DNA of 61,460 nucleotides, filler included, from Sphacelaria rigidula (Eukaryota), in assembly GCA_964200075.2 (NCBI GenBank). It is 4 parts of 4 records of this genome, joined end to end, with 100 filler letters (N's around TTAATTAATTAA, not from the genome) between each part and the next. Parts side by side here need not be neighbours in the genome. Positions count along the whole stretch, not along the records: positions 1 to 15,291 come from CAXNAA020001816.1; positions 15,392 to 30,681 come from CAXNAA020001817.1; 2 more parts are not named here. One strand, written 5' to 3'. Below the pieces are notes generated by a model, which was not told the origin of the DNA, did not search any database, and saw only the letters and a program-made list of their open reading frames with translations. Shown here one piece after another: positions 12,598 to 24,892 of this stretch (positions are counted from its first letter, which is position 1; every line of letters starts with the position of its first letter). Made by a program: the position numbers and the translations under genes.

Positions 12598-14289
12598 GTG
12601 ACAAAACTTGTAATAACATACCATACAATTGCTTTGTTCATCTTTCTTCTTTTTCTCTTCTTCTCCTGAATTCGTTTCCAAAAGATCTTAATTCGATTTA
12701 AATGAGCTTTTTCATGTTGATGCACGCGAAAATTGATTTTTGGTTTGTGGCTCCGCTCGTATCCGTTGGTGGCCTTGGGGGTGTACTCATGATCTTGTAT
12801 GCCGTAGTCGTATGACCAGAGTAGCCTTGGGGAAGGAAAAACGTTGAATATTTTCACTATTTTTTTCGAATGAAATGAGCTGCGGGCGAGGCAGTCCGTT
12901 ATACACACATGGACCTTTCAACGTGCCATCAGAGTTTCTGATGAAAAAAAAGGGGTAGGTCAAAACCAGGTTCCCCTTGCCCCCCCCGTGCTCCGTGTCG
13001 AAAGGGATGCGTGGTCAATGGTCACACGATTAAGGCAAGCAACAAATGAGTACGCCCCCCAAGTTTCACCGCACCTGCCAACCCCTGCTTGGCCCGCACG
13101 ATACACATCATGCTGCGTATGAGTCGACCGCATGACGTGAATGCAGTCGGCAAAGTTTTTTGTAGGCCGAGAGTGGCTTGTCTCGCCCACGTCTTCAATT
13201 CTTCCCGTAACCCACATCACACAGAAGGTATGTGCTCGACACAGGGTATGAGACCGACGAGTCGTCTCTAACCAAAGGAATCCGTCGTCTTTTCGTGATC
13301 GCTGCGGATTCGTGAGCAAACCCACTTCCCTAGCATAGAACAGTCATGGAATATGCATGTATGTGTAAATACATATATACAAATGGATGCAAGAAAGCGT
13401 ACCACAAGATGTTGTGCTATTACAAGCTACGCTAGCCTTGAGTATCATTTCGTGTTGGCCGGTTATTTGGATCTTCAAAGTTAGTTGTGAGTGTTGTCGT
13501 GTCCATGGGCTCTGGTGGTGTTTTGTCCGTTGTGCTTATATGGCGTGCGGGATATGGTTGATGCGTGTGCACCAAATACATGGGACAAAGGACGATGTCC
13601 CAACTGCACTAGTATAGTTTGAGTGCGTGAGAGTCTGTATCTAACTTTAAATCGAGTACGCCGGTTCAACAAATATCTGTGCACCCCTACCGTAGCATGA
13701 CTATTTGTGTGTTTTGTATTCTCTTTTTATCTGTCGATTTCAAACGTTGGCTGTTCCCCCCGTGTTTTTGTTTTTCGTCTTTTTCTTGTAATCCTGTTGA
13801 GCCATATGAGACTGTCGCTTCGCCACGGGTTCCGCTAGATTCGTGTAGAAATCCCGCTATACTTCCCCCCCCCCCTGTATTCATTGTGATGCTGTGCTAC
13901 ATTACACTTGGTTGAAATGCCCGGGGTGGGGGGGGGGGAGGGGGGGTGAACTGATCGATACACACGCCATCGACCAGTTTGGGCGGAGTAGTGGTGGTGA
14001 GGGTTCGAATGCCGACTGTCACGAATGGTATTGGTGGGTTTCCATCGTGGGAAACATGACAATGTGCATCGCAAAGACCTGTGGATCATGACTATCAAGG
14101 TCGACGGGCTGCGGAAGTGCTGATAGTCATGATCCAATGCTCGATATCACGCATGGAAAGGTTACCTAGCGGCGAAATCTAGGATCGTTTATCTAGTGTG
14201 TTATATATCCATTCATTCATCCATTCATTGTGTTGCCACCTTACGAATGTATCTTGAATAGTTTTCTTCCGTTTGTGTGTGCTGAACAG

Positions 14290-14480
14290 AACGCCAGCGA
14301 CAGCGGGTCTGCGAGTACTCCGCCGCGCCGAGGTTTCATATCCTTGGGTTGGCAGGCGCCGTACGGGGCGAGCGCGGCGTCGTTTAAGGGGAAGGTGTTG
14401 TCGGGTCACACAGGTGGAGTGGTGGCCATGACGGCGCACCCTCGACGCGTGGATGGGCAGCCTTGGCTAGCCCTCAGTGG
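14290..14480 (+). CDS. WD40 exon
   Basis: LSGHTGGVVAMTAHP...LALSG; aacag| and GG|GTGAGT. Confidence 0.85.
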
Positions 14481-14560
14481 GTGAGTTTCCATATGTTCTG
14501 GCTGGTGTTTTTGTTGCTCCGACTGAGAGTTAGTTGGCCGCGGTCGTGCACGGGAGCGGT

Positions 14561-14599
<39 letters not shown>

Positions 14600-15109
14600 A
14601 TATTGCCGGTTTGGTATGGTATGTGAACAAAAGAACATGGTTAGTTTTACACGTACGTGCTCGAAGGTACTCTAGAACAGGGTTTGGCAAAACATTCGGG
14701 ACTGCATCGTCACGTACAGCAAGTACGAGTTGCAGGATAATGAAGGACGGATATTTGGAGGGATGGGAGTTTGGTGCTGTATCACAAGCAGCACTACTCT
14801 CCTGGTTGCCTGACAGTTTGCCGTGTTCTCCCCTGTTGCCTTTTACCTCGTCTTGTTCACAACCGAACACGTTTTTTTAATACAATGCCCTGTTTCAGTT
14901 ATTCTTGTTCTTTTGCGACGTATGGTCACCCTTTTTTGTCGCGAGATTTCGTTGTTTTCGGAGGTTTAAGTCTCCCGTTCCCCAAAAGACGCCTCAACTT
15001 TTCGTTTTCGGAATAACTGCTTCCACCTTTTCCCCCTCCCCCTTTTTGGTATATTTTTGTCGGTGGCTTCTGTGGTTTATCTTTGGGCATGTGTATATAT
15101 ATTACACAG

Positions 15110-15248
15110 TGGAGAGGACCAAACGATCCGCCTGTGGGACCTACGAACGCGCCGGTGCAAGGTTATCTTTACCGGACACTCCAAACCGGTGACCTGCCTG
15201 AGTGAGCTGAAAGACAACGGCAGCAATCTCGTCCTCAGCGGTGCAAAG
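15110..15248 (+). CDS. WD40 exon; gene truncated at the contig end
   Basis: GEDQTIRLWDLRTRRCKVIFTGHSKPVTCL; AAG|GTAGGG. Confidence 0.9.
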
Positions 15249-15291
15249 GTAGGGGCCGTGGGGGGGGGGGGGGGGGGGGCCAACAGGTCAG

Positions 15292-15391
15292 NNNNNNNNN
15301 NNNNNNNNNNNNNNNNNNNNNNNNNNNNNNNNNNNTTAATTAATTAANNNNNNNNNNNNNNNNNNNNNNNNNNNNNNNNNNNNNNNNNNNN
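15292..15391. other. Artificial contig-joining linker (also 30682-30781 and 46072-46171)
   Basis: 44 N + TTAATTAATTAA (stops in all six frames) + 44 N, three identical copies. Confidence 0.97.
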
Positions 15392-15699
15392 GTGTGAGGA
15401 AAGCACTGTTTCAGGCTTGAACCTCATCTCGGAGTTAAACCTCTATTCGCACAATTTGTTGTTTCAGGGAAAGCACGACTTTGAGTTGAACCTCATTGTT
15501 TTTTTACCCCATTTTCGAGAATTCACTGTTGTTATGTTGTGTTGGATCGGTACTCGATGGAAATATTATACGAGTACGAGGCCCGGATGACCCACCCTAA
15601 CCACTCAAAGAAGGACCTCAGAAGATCCAAACGGGCATTTTTATTACCGTTGATATCCCAACAACAGCCGACAACAACGGACGCGTAGGCACCGTACTA

Positions 15700-15726
15700 C
15701 TAACCCTAACCCTATAACCCTAACCC
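15700..15726. repeat. Short interstitial telomere-type (CCCTAA)n tract
   Basis: ctaaccctaaccctataaccctaaccc. Confidence 0.55.
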
Positions 15727-18700
15727 AAAATATTTATGCGTTTCTCTGGAAACTGGAAACAGCGACACACCCGAACAAAGATCCTCTTGTACGAGCGTTG
15801 TATAGTAAGAAATACCATGAGTACGGAATATATTGCGTCGAAATTGGTGAAATCGTCGTGGAGGGGGAGGGTCCACTAGGAGCACAGCGATATGTGTCTC
15901 GTGGTGCAAGTGCTGGGAAGCATATATTTTTGATTAAACCTGCTTGATTCTATTCGCGTCGGCAGCTGAACACTTTCAGTAAGAAGTAACATGCGGTGTA
16001 TCGACGAGAACGTCACCCACGAACAGCGGCGTGATTTGTTTTCGGAGATCATTCTACTCCATATTATCCTCCACGAGAACGGGTTGCGTCCTTCTGTTTC
16101 ACACGCTCCCTCAAGACCCCATCACGGGCCGGCACTGAGAATGACGGCACGTCACTTTGTTCCCTGTGTACCCAGGAGTATTAAAATACTATTTCTTGAT
16201 CGACTTCGTGTGTGCGAAGAAAACTTTGGCTGGCAAAGTTCCCTCTTTTGTTTCGCGGATCAGTCTCTAGATTGATTTAGATTTCGGCTTCCGCAACAAT
16301 CAGTATTCTTCTCGGGTGTACAATATGACTTGAAGGGTGGCCCAATGCTTCAACAACTGTACTTTTGTAGCAGTGTTCAAGAAGCGAACAGCTTACCCAT
16401 TGAACCTGTCGCTTCCTGAACATACAGCAGTATCACCCGCAAGCGGTGGCGGGCGGGATCATACTGCTGCGCTACTATCGTACAAGTTGTTGAGCTCCGA
16501 GTATGCATGCCGTATCTGGGAGTCAACAAACTTTGAAAGGAAGTCACAAGTGCATGCATTCGCGTGGTACATATAGAGCAGCAGCAGCCAGTGGTGCGAT
16601 CTTGTCATTAGAACACGAAAAAACAGTTCCGATCTTTGCGCAGTACCTTCTAATTTCCGTACTGGGCACCTAATGGGTGCCCAACACAAGGTATAAGAAA
16701 TACGACCCAGAAAAATCAGCACAGACGCAACACATGAACCCCGAGAATATCTATCTGATGCCGCAGCCGACCATTTGGCGGACTAAAAGGAGATATACTA
16801 GCGATGAAGAACTCGAACGCCAGATCTTCAACAATACTACAACTGTGTTGGTGTGTGGTACGTATCGCAGCAATATTTTCCATTTCTTTTGCTGTTGCTG
16901 ATTCATACGACGACTTCAAACGGGTTGACGACCCCCCCTGCACTTGTTGTTAATACAGTACTGCCAGCAGTTCGCCATCATGTATATGCATGTTGTCAAT
17001 CTTGCATAAAAGCGTTCAGGTATATGTTGCGAGCCGCATCAACCATTTAACACCAACGCCCCTCATCTTTACGCAGATAGATTGTTGATGCTGGTTGTGT
17101 TCGGGACACATCTTCACCTCCTCTACCTCTTCGACTTACACGTACGACATTGTAATACATATACTAACTTGATTTACTCGCAACAAGTTTTCATTTCCAC
17201 GGAAAAAAAATTCTGGTGCGTGATGCGGTCTTCATGCGGAAGAAGGCTGATATTTCAGTTATATTACACACAAAAATAATCCGAAGTGTTCTACAATCAT
17301 GAAGCGGGAAAAAAAACATCGCTTCTTATATTATTCTTTAAAATTTCGCCGACAAATTTTCGTGTTTCAATGAGTGATAATGACTGGTGAGTTCGTGACC
17401 CCCCAGGAGGAGGCAATATGCCGACCGCTGGATAGTTCATACGCACGTTTATCTGTGGTCTACTTCCACCTGCGGACTCCAAAATAGTGTTCTGCCGATG
17501 CAAATTATCCTGTGAACAGGCCATGATTCAAAACACCGTTTATTTCATCGGTGTGTTCCGTGTCTTTTGTTCACGGCGGCGCCCCCGACCTACATGTGGT
17601 CGCCATCATCGTAGACGTTTCACGCAGTTGACCCTTCACGTTATGGTCCATGCGGCGAGTGGTAAAATACCGTATAGAATATAGTACGGTACAGCAATGC
17701 ACGGGTGGCCACTGACCACGTATCCACAGAGCATCCCTGGTCTATCAGCAAGTTGAACAGTATGCGCACAGCGTAAGCCGGTTGGAAAACGGATGTTTGA
17801 GGGCGTGGTCGGGTTTACAACGGTTACACAAGGCGGCAACGCGTGCGCGCACAACACGATTCACGTTGCACGCACGTCTCTCAGTTTATCTATAACCTAG
17901 GGTCTCTAAGATGCTGATAAAGTGTACCAGCGGCCCACCCGTGCATATTTATTCAGTGCGGTAACATAGGAATTAAACAATTATTAAGGGAGGTTTCGAT
18001 AAATAACCTAGATGAATGATGTCAACTGCGGGGATACTGTAAGAGAGCCCGACGACACCTGACACAATGGCACGATGCTCCCCCCCCAAGAGCAGGGCGA
18101 GACTATCTGATGTTGCTGATAAAAAGGTATAAAATCTTGACGCAGGTATACCCTACTGCGGGGTATCCTAGTTCTGAACGGTTTACCAACACCACGCACG
18201 TGTTAAAAGATACGATCTTTTGCACATGGCGCCAGAGCACAATAACACATTGCAACATACATATCGCCGGCATGCACAAGCTCTTCTGCAATAGGAGCTC
18301 TGGGTGGCGAGGATTGATCGTCGTGACTAGTCGTCTCGATTCATTTTTCCCTTCCGTTTGAACACGCTCGTCCGCGTCACACGAATAGGAACATGCACAA
18401 GAAAAATACCAAAACGTCTCTCTCCATCCATGTCTGTTGGGTTTTCGTTCTTTCATATAATATATCGAACAAAAAAACAGAAAAGTTTTCATAAATTGGA
18501 TTCAGAATACTTTGACTTCCTACTTTGTTTTTTTCGGGTACAAAAAACAAGTGAACAGTCGTGACTACAACCATGAATATTGTCCTTCGACGCAGGAGAG
18601 GCGCGAGATGACTTGGAGCGTGTTTGTTTTGGTCCCCTGAGACACCTGAAGAATTTTGTCGTCAACCATGAATATCAAAGTCTCTAAAAAAAAGATAATA

Positions 18701-19110
18701 AAAATGGTAGAAAATGATCCACATGAAGCATAGGTTCAGGTCTCTCTTGTGGCGGGGCCAAAATGACAATAATTTGACTGGATTCAGAACTAGACAGGTC
18801 AGGGTCACCCCCCGAGCAGAGGTACAACTGCACGCGCAAAACTGCAACAAGCTTACATTCCACATACATCGACTACACCCCACAGCCAGCCAGCGAACCG
18901 AGGACACGGGAAAGCGCATTGCAGACGCCCGAGTTGTTGTGCCGTTCCGCCCTCTTTACGCGGAGACATACCCGACACACTGATACTGTGCGCGTTGCCT
19001 TTTACAGTCTCCGCAAGTCCTGCTGTTGCCAAGAAAGCGTCCGTGTCTTCATTCGTGTGACTTGCTTCGCAGGACTGGGGCTTCTCTCTGTGTATCGGAG
19101 TTTTAGAAAC

Positions 19111-19383
19111 ATGGGTTTTGTGCAAAAGCACAAGAGAGAAGCGGCCGCAGCTGCTGCGGCTGCAGAATCTACTTCCGTCCAGACCAGAACCCCGTCTCCC
19201 CTGACGAGTGCCGTAGTATCTGCCGCCCCGGGAAGCAGTGGAAGCAGTGGAAGTGGGGGCGCCAAGTACCCGAGGTTCGGGAAACGCGGGGCCCCCCAGG
19301 CCTTCCCGTCAAAGCTTTATGAGATTTTGGAAGGCGAGAATCCTGAAATTGTGGGATGGACCAAAACAGGCCGGGGATTCGAG
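19111..19383 (+). CDS. HSF-type DNA-binding transcription factor, exon 1
   Basis: ATG 19111; AFPSKLYEILEGENPEIVGWTKTGRGFE is the N-terminal half of the HSF DBD; GAG|GTGAGA. Confidence 0.9.
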
Positions 19384-21505
19384 GTGAGAGACATGCACAC
19401 GGAGGATGAGAAAAGTTTCTCGGATTGTTGATGTGTAATATCTTGCCTGTGGAGGTATTCGCGGTCTATAGCAGCGAAGAGGGGGGGGTCTTACGTAGGT
19501 GTTCAGGTGCTCGATCTTGTCCGGTCGTCGGGGGCGGATGAGATGGGTCCGTGGGTTTTGTCCAGAGCATTCGATGGCAGCGTATGTTTATACGCGAGTA
19601 CGTGTTTTTGTCCAGGAAAAGAGCAAGCAACATGAACACACAGGAAGCCTTTCGTCAGAGTGCTGCATTTGTTTATTTTCTGTCGGAGGGGGCTCTCCGG
19701 GCTCGGCAGCGGTGTTCATCGGAGTGATGATGTACCGTGTTTTTGGTCGAAGAAAGCTGTAATGTAAATGGGGTCATCCGCAGGATGGTGTTTTATTGCG
19801 ACTGTGGTGGTGGCATTGCGCCCTGAATGGTTGTTGATAATGTCTTCGAAGCTCCGCCGCGAGGAATCGGAGGGGAGGGCGGGGGCGACGCCGTGGTAGA
19901 TGAGCATGCCATGTAGCAATTGTTTCGGTCAATCGCAAATGAGTCTTCGTGCTGGTGTGCGAAAAATTCCGTTCAAAAAAATCGAAAGCGACGAATTTTC
20001 GTACTTGATTCGACGTCTCTCCTTGATGCCATTATTTTCACACCTCGTCACACTCATACCCAGTCTCTTTTCAAAGCCGTGGCCCGGACGCGGCGGTGCC
20101 CCCCGAGAGGCTTGCAGTACCGTGACCGCGACTCCTCTCATCATCGGATGAAATGCTTTTATATGCGTGCACGAGATGGAGGAAGGAAAATAGACGAGAA
20201 AAATAACGTACCCCGTTCTGTTCAGGTTGACGGTTGTCATAAGCTGCGAAGACCGGACCAGTTGCAGCCTTTGATCAAGTTGCCTCTTGCTCTCTTAGGG
20301 CGTGTTTTTGCGCATGTTCAAGTTTTGTTGTCAGCGCAACGTTCCTGGTTATCCCTTGAACAATCGGGGGAACAAAGGAGTCAGAGGGCGTGCCTTCACT
20401 GTATTGCTCGATCTGTAAACACACGGTGATGTCAAGGTTTATCGAGCTGTGCTTCAGCCTTGATCACGCTAGAAACTTGATTTGTCGGCATGCTTTCCGA
20501 TGAGAAATGCGTAGGGCAAGGGCGGGCTATAATCCGCATCCGTTGGCCGCATATGTACCCCGACAATTCGATTCTTTTCTGCGGGGGTTACCGTGAAGAA
20601 AGACATTGCGCATGCGAAAACGTGGTCATAAACCCAAAGCATTATTTTGCACTATCCTTGCACGCCTCTCTTCCCGTCCTTCGAGTTTCCTGTGAGGTCT
20701 ACCACCACCATGCATGCCGAACGAACGAAAATCGTGTAGTCATCGGTCGCTTCAGTGATGACTACAGTTGTTCATGGAATTGCCGCCATACAAATAACGT
20801 GAACTGTAACATGAAATAGTAGTAGCTGCAGAAAAATATTCTGCGTATCATATCATATCATCGTTCATACCGTCAAAGAGCCATTTCATGTCCCGTCGTC
20901 ATACACCCCTCGGCCCTCCTCTCCGTCCATACAAAATAACGTGAACAATTTCCCGAAGCTTGTGAACCATGGAACATGAGAAAAAAGGTTCTGTTTGAGC
21001 GGTTTATGCATCGTTGGGCATTGAAGCCCCTCTTTCTCCTGACACACGTATGCCATAGATGAGCACTCTAGCCCCCACAAGTTGTTGCTTTTGACCGCAA
21101 CGCGCCGATTTAGCGACGAATAGCCACGACATTCCTCCCATATGATGTGCTCACCATCCCTGCTCACCATCTTGGAATGCCATGCGCACGTACATCATTC
21201 ACACCTTATGCCGACATGTTCTGGTGAGCGTTTGACGCGGGGTACTTGAGGGCATGTTCGTTTGAAGAAATCTGAAGGCGCACATCCTTCTACACTCTCG
21301 GAGAAGGTCGATTATCCGTCTTTCTCCACTGTATTTGTATCGATTTCCGGAATACTATGCCGTAGGATTACATATTCCACATCGCATCTTCCACGTCGAT
21401 GATTGATGTCCTTGCGTGAATACATTTCTTATGTACCCCCTACCGTACCCTCAGACGAACCGTAGTACTAAAGTTACAATTTTTCTTTCTTCGGAATGAT
21501 CATAG

Positions 21506-22801
21506 GTGCGTGACCACGCCCGACTGAGTTCCGAGGTGTTGGGCCGGTTCTTCAAGCAGGACAAGTTCTCCAGCTTTCAGCGCCAGCTCAACCTGTACGG
21601 TTTCCGCAAAATCACTAAGGGCAATGAAGCGGGATCCTATCAGCACCCGCATTTCCGCCGCGGTGAACGAACCACCCTCCTTACCATCCGCCGCTCCACC
21701 AAGCCCTCCCAAACTCCGCGTGGTGTAGCAGGAGTCCCGGGATCACCGGCATCAGCATCGTCATCATCACCATCCCCCCGCGCGACCTCCCCAACCGTTT
21801 TGGAGGCACGGCCTACTCCCCCGAACAACCCGAATAACCCCGACAATTCCACCGACAACATCAGTCGCCACAACAGCAGCAGCAGAAGAGTAGCAGCAGA
21901 TGCACGGCCAGCCACTCCTAGTCCCCCGCCCGAGCCTGTCGCTGTCCCCAGCGTCGCGCGTGGGGTTCTTCCGCCTTGGCCACCGATGCGGCAACAACAA
22001 CACAACGCCCTTCCGTTGCCTGTCCCAGATGCATCGATGTTACGCCGAGAACGGCGGTCCGCCAGCTCCGATGACGGGAGCAGCGCAGGCTCCAGCGCCG
22101 GTGGTGGCGTGGCCGCCAGCGCCCACAACAACATGCTTGATGGTGGTATAATAATAGACGTGGGGAATTCCGACAGGTGGGATCACCCGCAACATGGCGG
22201 CAGCCGCGCAGACTCTGTGGGGTCTAGTGGCATGTGGGCGGAGGCCGGCAGCGGCGGCGGTGGGGGTTACCCGAACTCCAACGGGGGCCAGACCCGATGC
22301 GCGGGCGCCGGTGGTGGGTGGGCTAACGCAGACAACAATAGCGACCGCCGGCGGTGGGAAGGAGAGATGCAACATCCTGGCAGTTGGCAGGTGGCAGCGG
22401 CGGTAGAGAGAGCGGCTAAGGTGGCCCGGACTGCCGATGCACAACACGAACAGGAGGGGCGAGACAGGGATGAGAGGGACGGCGGGGTTGCCGACGGCGG
22501 GGAAACTGCCACGCCGGCCGTGGTGGATCCCAGGGACCGCGAGACATCCGGGGGGCTTGATCACCAGGATGTCGAGGTGGTGGGTCTACTACAGCGCATG
22601 GCGAAGAAGGCGCAGGACAGCCCTTCTCGCTCTCCGCTCGAAAGTAGAGCTGCTGAGAAGGAAACCTCCGCCACAACTCCGCTGATGCAGCCGAGATGGG
22701 AAGCACCTGCTGTATCAAACTTGGCGTCGCGAGCCCAGCCCTTCCGCATGCCGCTGTCTTCGCCACAAGCGGGACCGGAGACTCATCAAGCAGAGCAAGA
22801 G
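21506..22801 (+). CDS. HSF-type transcription factor, exon 2
   Basis: FFKQDKFSSFQRQLNLYGFRKI...YQHPHFRRG signature; catag| and GAG|GTGAGT. Confidence 0.92.
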
Positions 22802-24028
22802 GTGAGTGGAGCAACTCGTCACGCCATGTTGGTGTCGACCTGTGTTCCCCGATTTTGTCGTCGCACGAGTATTCAGCAGCAGAACATGTATCCGTGTCAT
22901 CAACATTGCGTCTTGGGTTGACTGAAACTGCGGGAACTGCTGGAAGGACGGGAATTTGCAACAGTACAGGAGGAAAAATTTGAACATGAATATGATCTTC
23001 ACTCAATCGAGACTTTTCGCACCCATTTCCCAATTTGCTCCTCTTGTGAACCTGGAATATCTTTTTTAATTTTCCTCGGCAAGCATATGCAAGGAAACGG
23101 TGCGAAATGCTACTAATCTCGAACTAAACATAGAGGCGGTATATCGTCTCCGTCTCGAGTAGCATTTCTACAATCTGGTGCCCCTTGCGCACCGCACGAA
23201 TATCTTATATTTGTATGCTTATAAACGCGCGAAAGCGCATTCTGCTATTCTACATGGTTACCACGATACTACTTGCCCATTTTACAACTCCATCACCCCT
23301 TTTCTCTTCTCTTCCTCATTGCGTACCGCTTCCCTGGCTATATTGACTGTCATTACCCCACATTAAAATCCTGGAAACGAAATCGCCTGCTGCTTTGCTT
23401 GACGATATTGTTGAATAAATGCCATACTTGACTGCTGTCACTACTCCTTTTCCCGATTACGCTGAATCCGATTCTTGCCTCGCTGTAATGCGGCAGCTTA
23501 ATCCGTTGCACTATGTAGTGATTCGTACCGATACACAAACCGCAGATCCCGCTACGCTCCGATCCTTTACTTTTGTGTTATCGCAGCGATACGGAGTAAC
23601 ACGCCGTTTGTAGAGGATGTGTTCGTGACCGCATATGTTCCAAAAAATGGGTTTCCTGCTGTAGCGCCATGAGAGTCGAGAGCGTACACAACTGAAGGTA
23701 TCGGGTTTTGCATTATGACGATCCGTATCGATTCGGTGGAGCGAAACAATCAAAGAGCGAGAACCGGAAACTATGCTCGTAGCACCCTTGAAGACCGGTG
23801 AGCCTGTATCTTGTTCATAATTGCTCATAGATTCTGTTTTTACCTCGGAATTCATGTCGGATCGTCATGTCTCTCGATTCCCAATTTTTGGCATCAAACA
23901 AAAACCGTAATGAGTCCTCGTAACGGGAAAACCTGAAAAATATTCAAGTTGATCGGAAAAAATGACGAAGTTAATATACCGTCCAAATGGCACCCGGTGT
24001 TCGTTCACGCTAATCCCTACCGCGTTAG

Positions 24029-24892
24029 GTGGGGAAGAAGCGTCCGTTCGACTACGACATGCGCAACCGGGAACCGAGAAGCTCCGCGACCTCCACCACC
24101 CGTGGGCCCTTCGTCTTACAGGGCGGCAGTAGCGGCAGCGAAGGAAGAGTGGGATTCCCACACCCGCTGCACTCCCGCCTCCCCGCTCCTTATACGGCGC
24201 TGGTACCCGACAGCATCGGCGGCAGTAGTGGCGGAGCGCCTCCGTTTTTGGAGCCGTATGGGTCAGTGACTCACCGTGGTGGGGTTTCAGCCGTGGTGGT
24301 CGAGTCTGCCGGCTTCGGCGCAACTGCCGCCGATCGCTCCTTGCCGCCCCTGGGGCGAGGTGAACAACACGACAAGCTTCATCAACACCGCCAACAACTA
24401 GCGGCGGCGGCGGCAGCGTACAGCAGTGGTGGCTTATCTGGAGGTGTAGGGGAAGACCGCCGCGCTGTTTTGGAACTTGACCAGGATGGCAGTGTCAACG
24501 GGATCGAGCGAGGCGTCGGCGGCAGCACAGGCGGTTCCGCGGAAGACTCACCGGCTCCCTCGTTGTTCCTCCACCCGCAATCACACCAACGCGGAGCCAT
24601 GCCAGCCAGCTCGGCCGCATTTGCCTCGTACGGATTCGACCGCCAGTTTCGCAGCCACTTCCCTCACCACCCAGTGACCAGTGCCGTCGGCATCAGCGGT
24701 GGCTGCGCCTCGGAAGCGGCGGCGGCGGCGGCACTGCACCACCACAACAGGGGGACGTGGCCGGGGCCAGAGGGGCCTTACGCTGCGACTGCCGGTTTCG
24801 GCAACTTCCATGATGTTGCAAACAGGAGTGGTGAGGGTGATGGAAGGGGCGTTGATCATGGGGCCAGTAGTATGCGGGCGGGAACACGGTAG
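24029..24892 (+). CDS. HSF-type transcription factor, exon 3 (probable last coding exon; protein ~810 aa)
   Basis: gttag|GTG phase 0; 287-codon low-complexity ORF ending in TAG. Confidence 0.7.
   Translation: MGKKRPFDYDMRNREPRSSATSTTRGPFVLQGGSSGSEGRVGFPHPLHSRLPAPYTALVPDSIGGSSGGAPPFLEPYGSVTHRGGVSAVVVESAGFGATAADRSLPPLGRGEQHDKLHQHRQQLAAAAAAYSSGGLSGGVGEDRRAVLELDQDGSVNGIERGVGGSTGGSAEDSPAPSLFLHPQSHQRGAMPASSAAFASYGFDRQFRSHFPHHPVTSAVGISGGCASEAAAAAALHHHNRGTWPGPEGPYAATAGFGNFHDVANRSGEGDGRGVDHGASSMRAGTR

Noticed and set aside
15700-15726. True telomere
   Set aside because: Only about 4 imperfect units, located internally
16337-16576. WD40-like text (SGGGRDHT...CRIWE) as a continuation of the first gene
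   Set aside because: Different contig, poor motif spacing, and it overlaps hairpin repeats
20886-21240. LINE-like zinc-knuckle remnant (EHIIWEECRGYSS, minus strand) in the HSF intron
   Set aside because: The motif is too short and no adjacent RT sequence is recognisable
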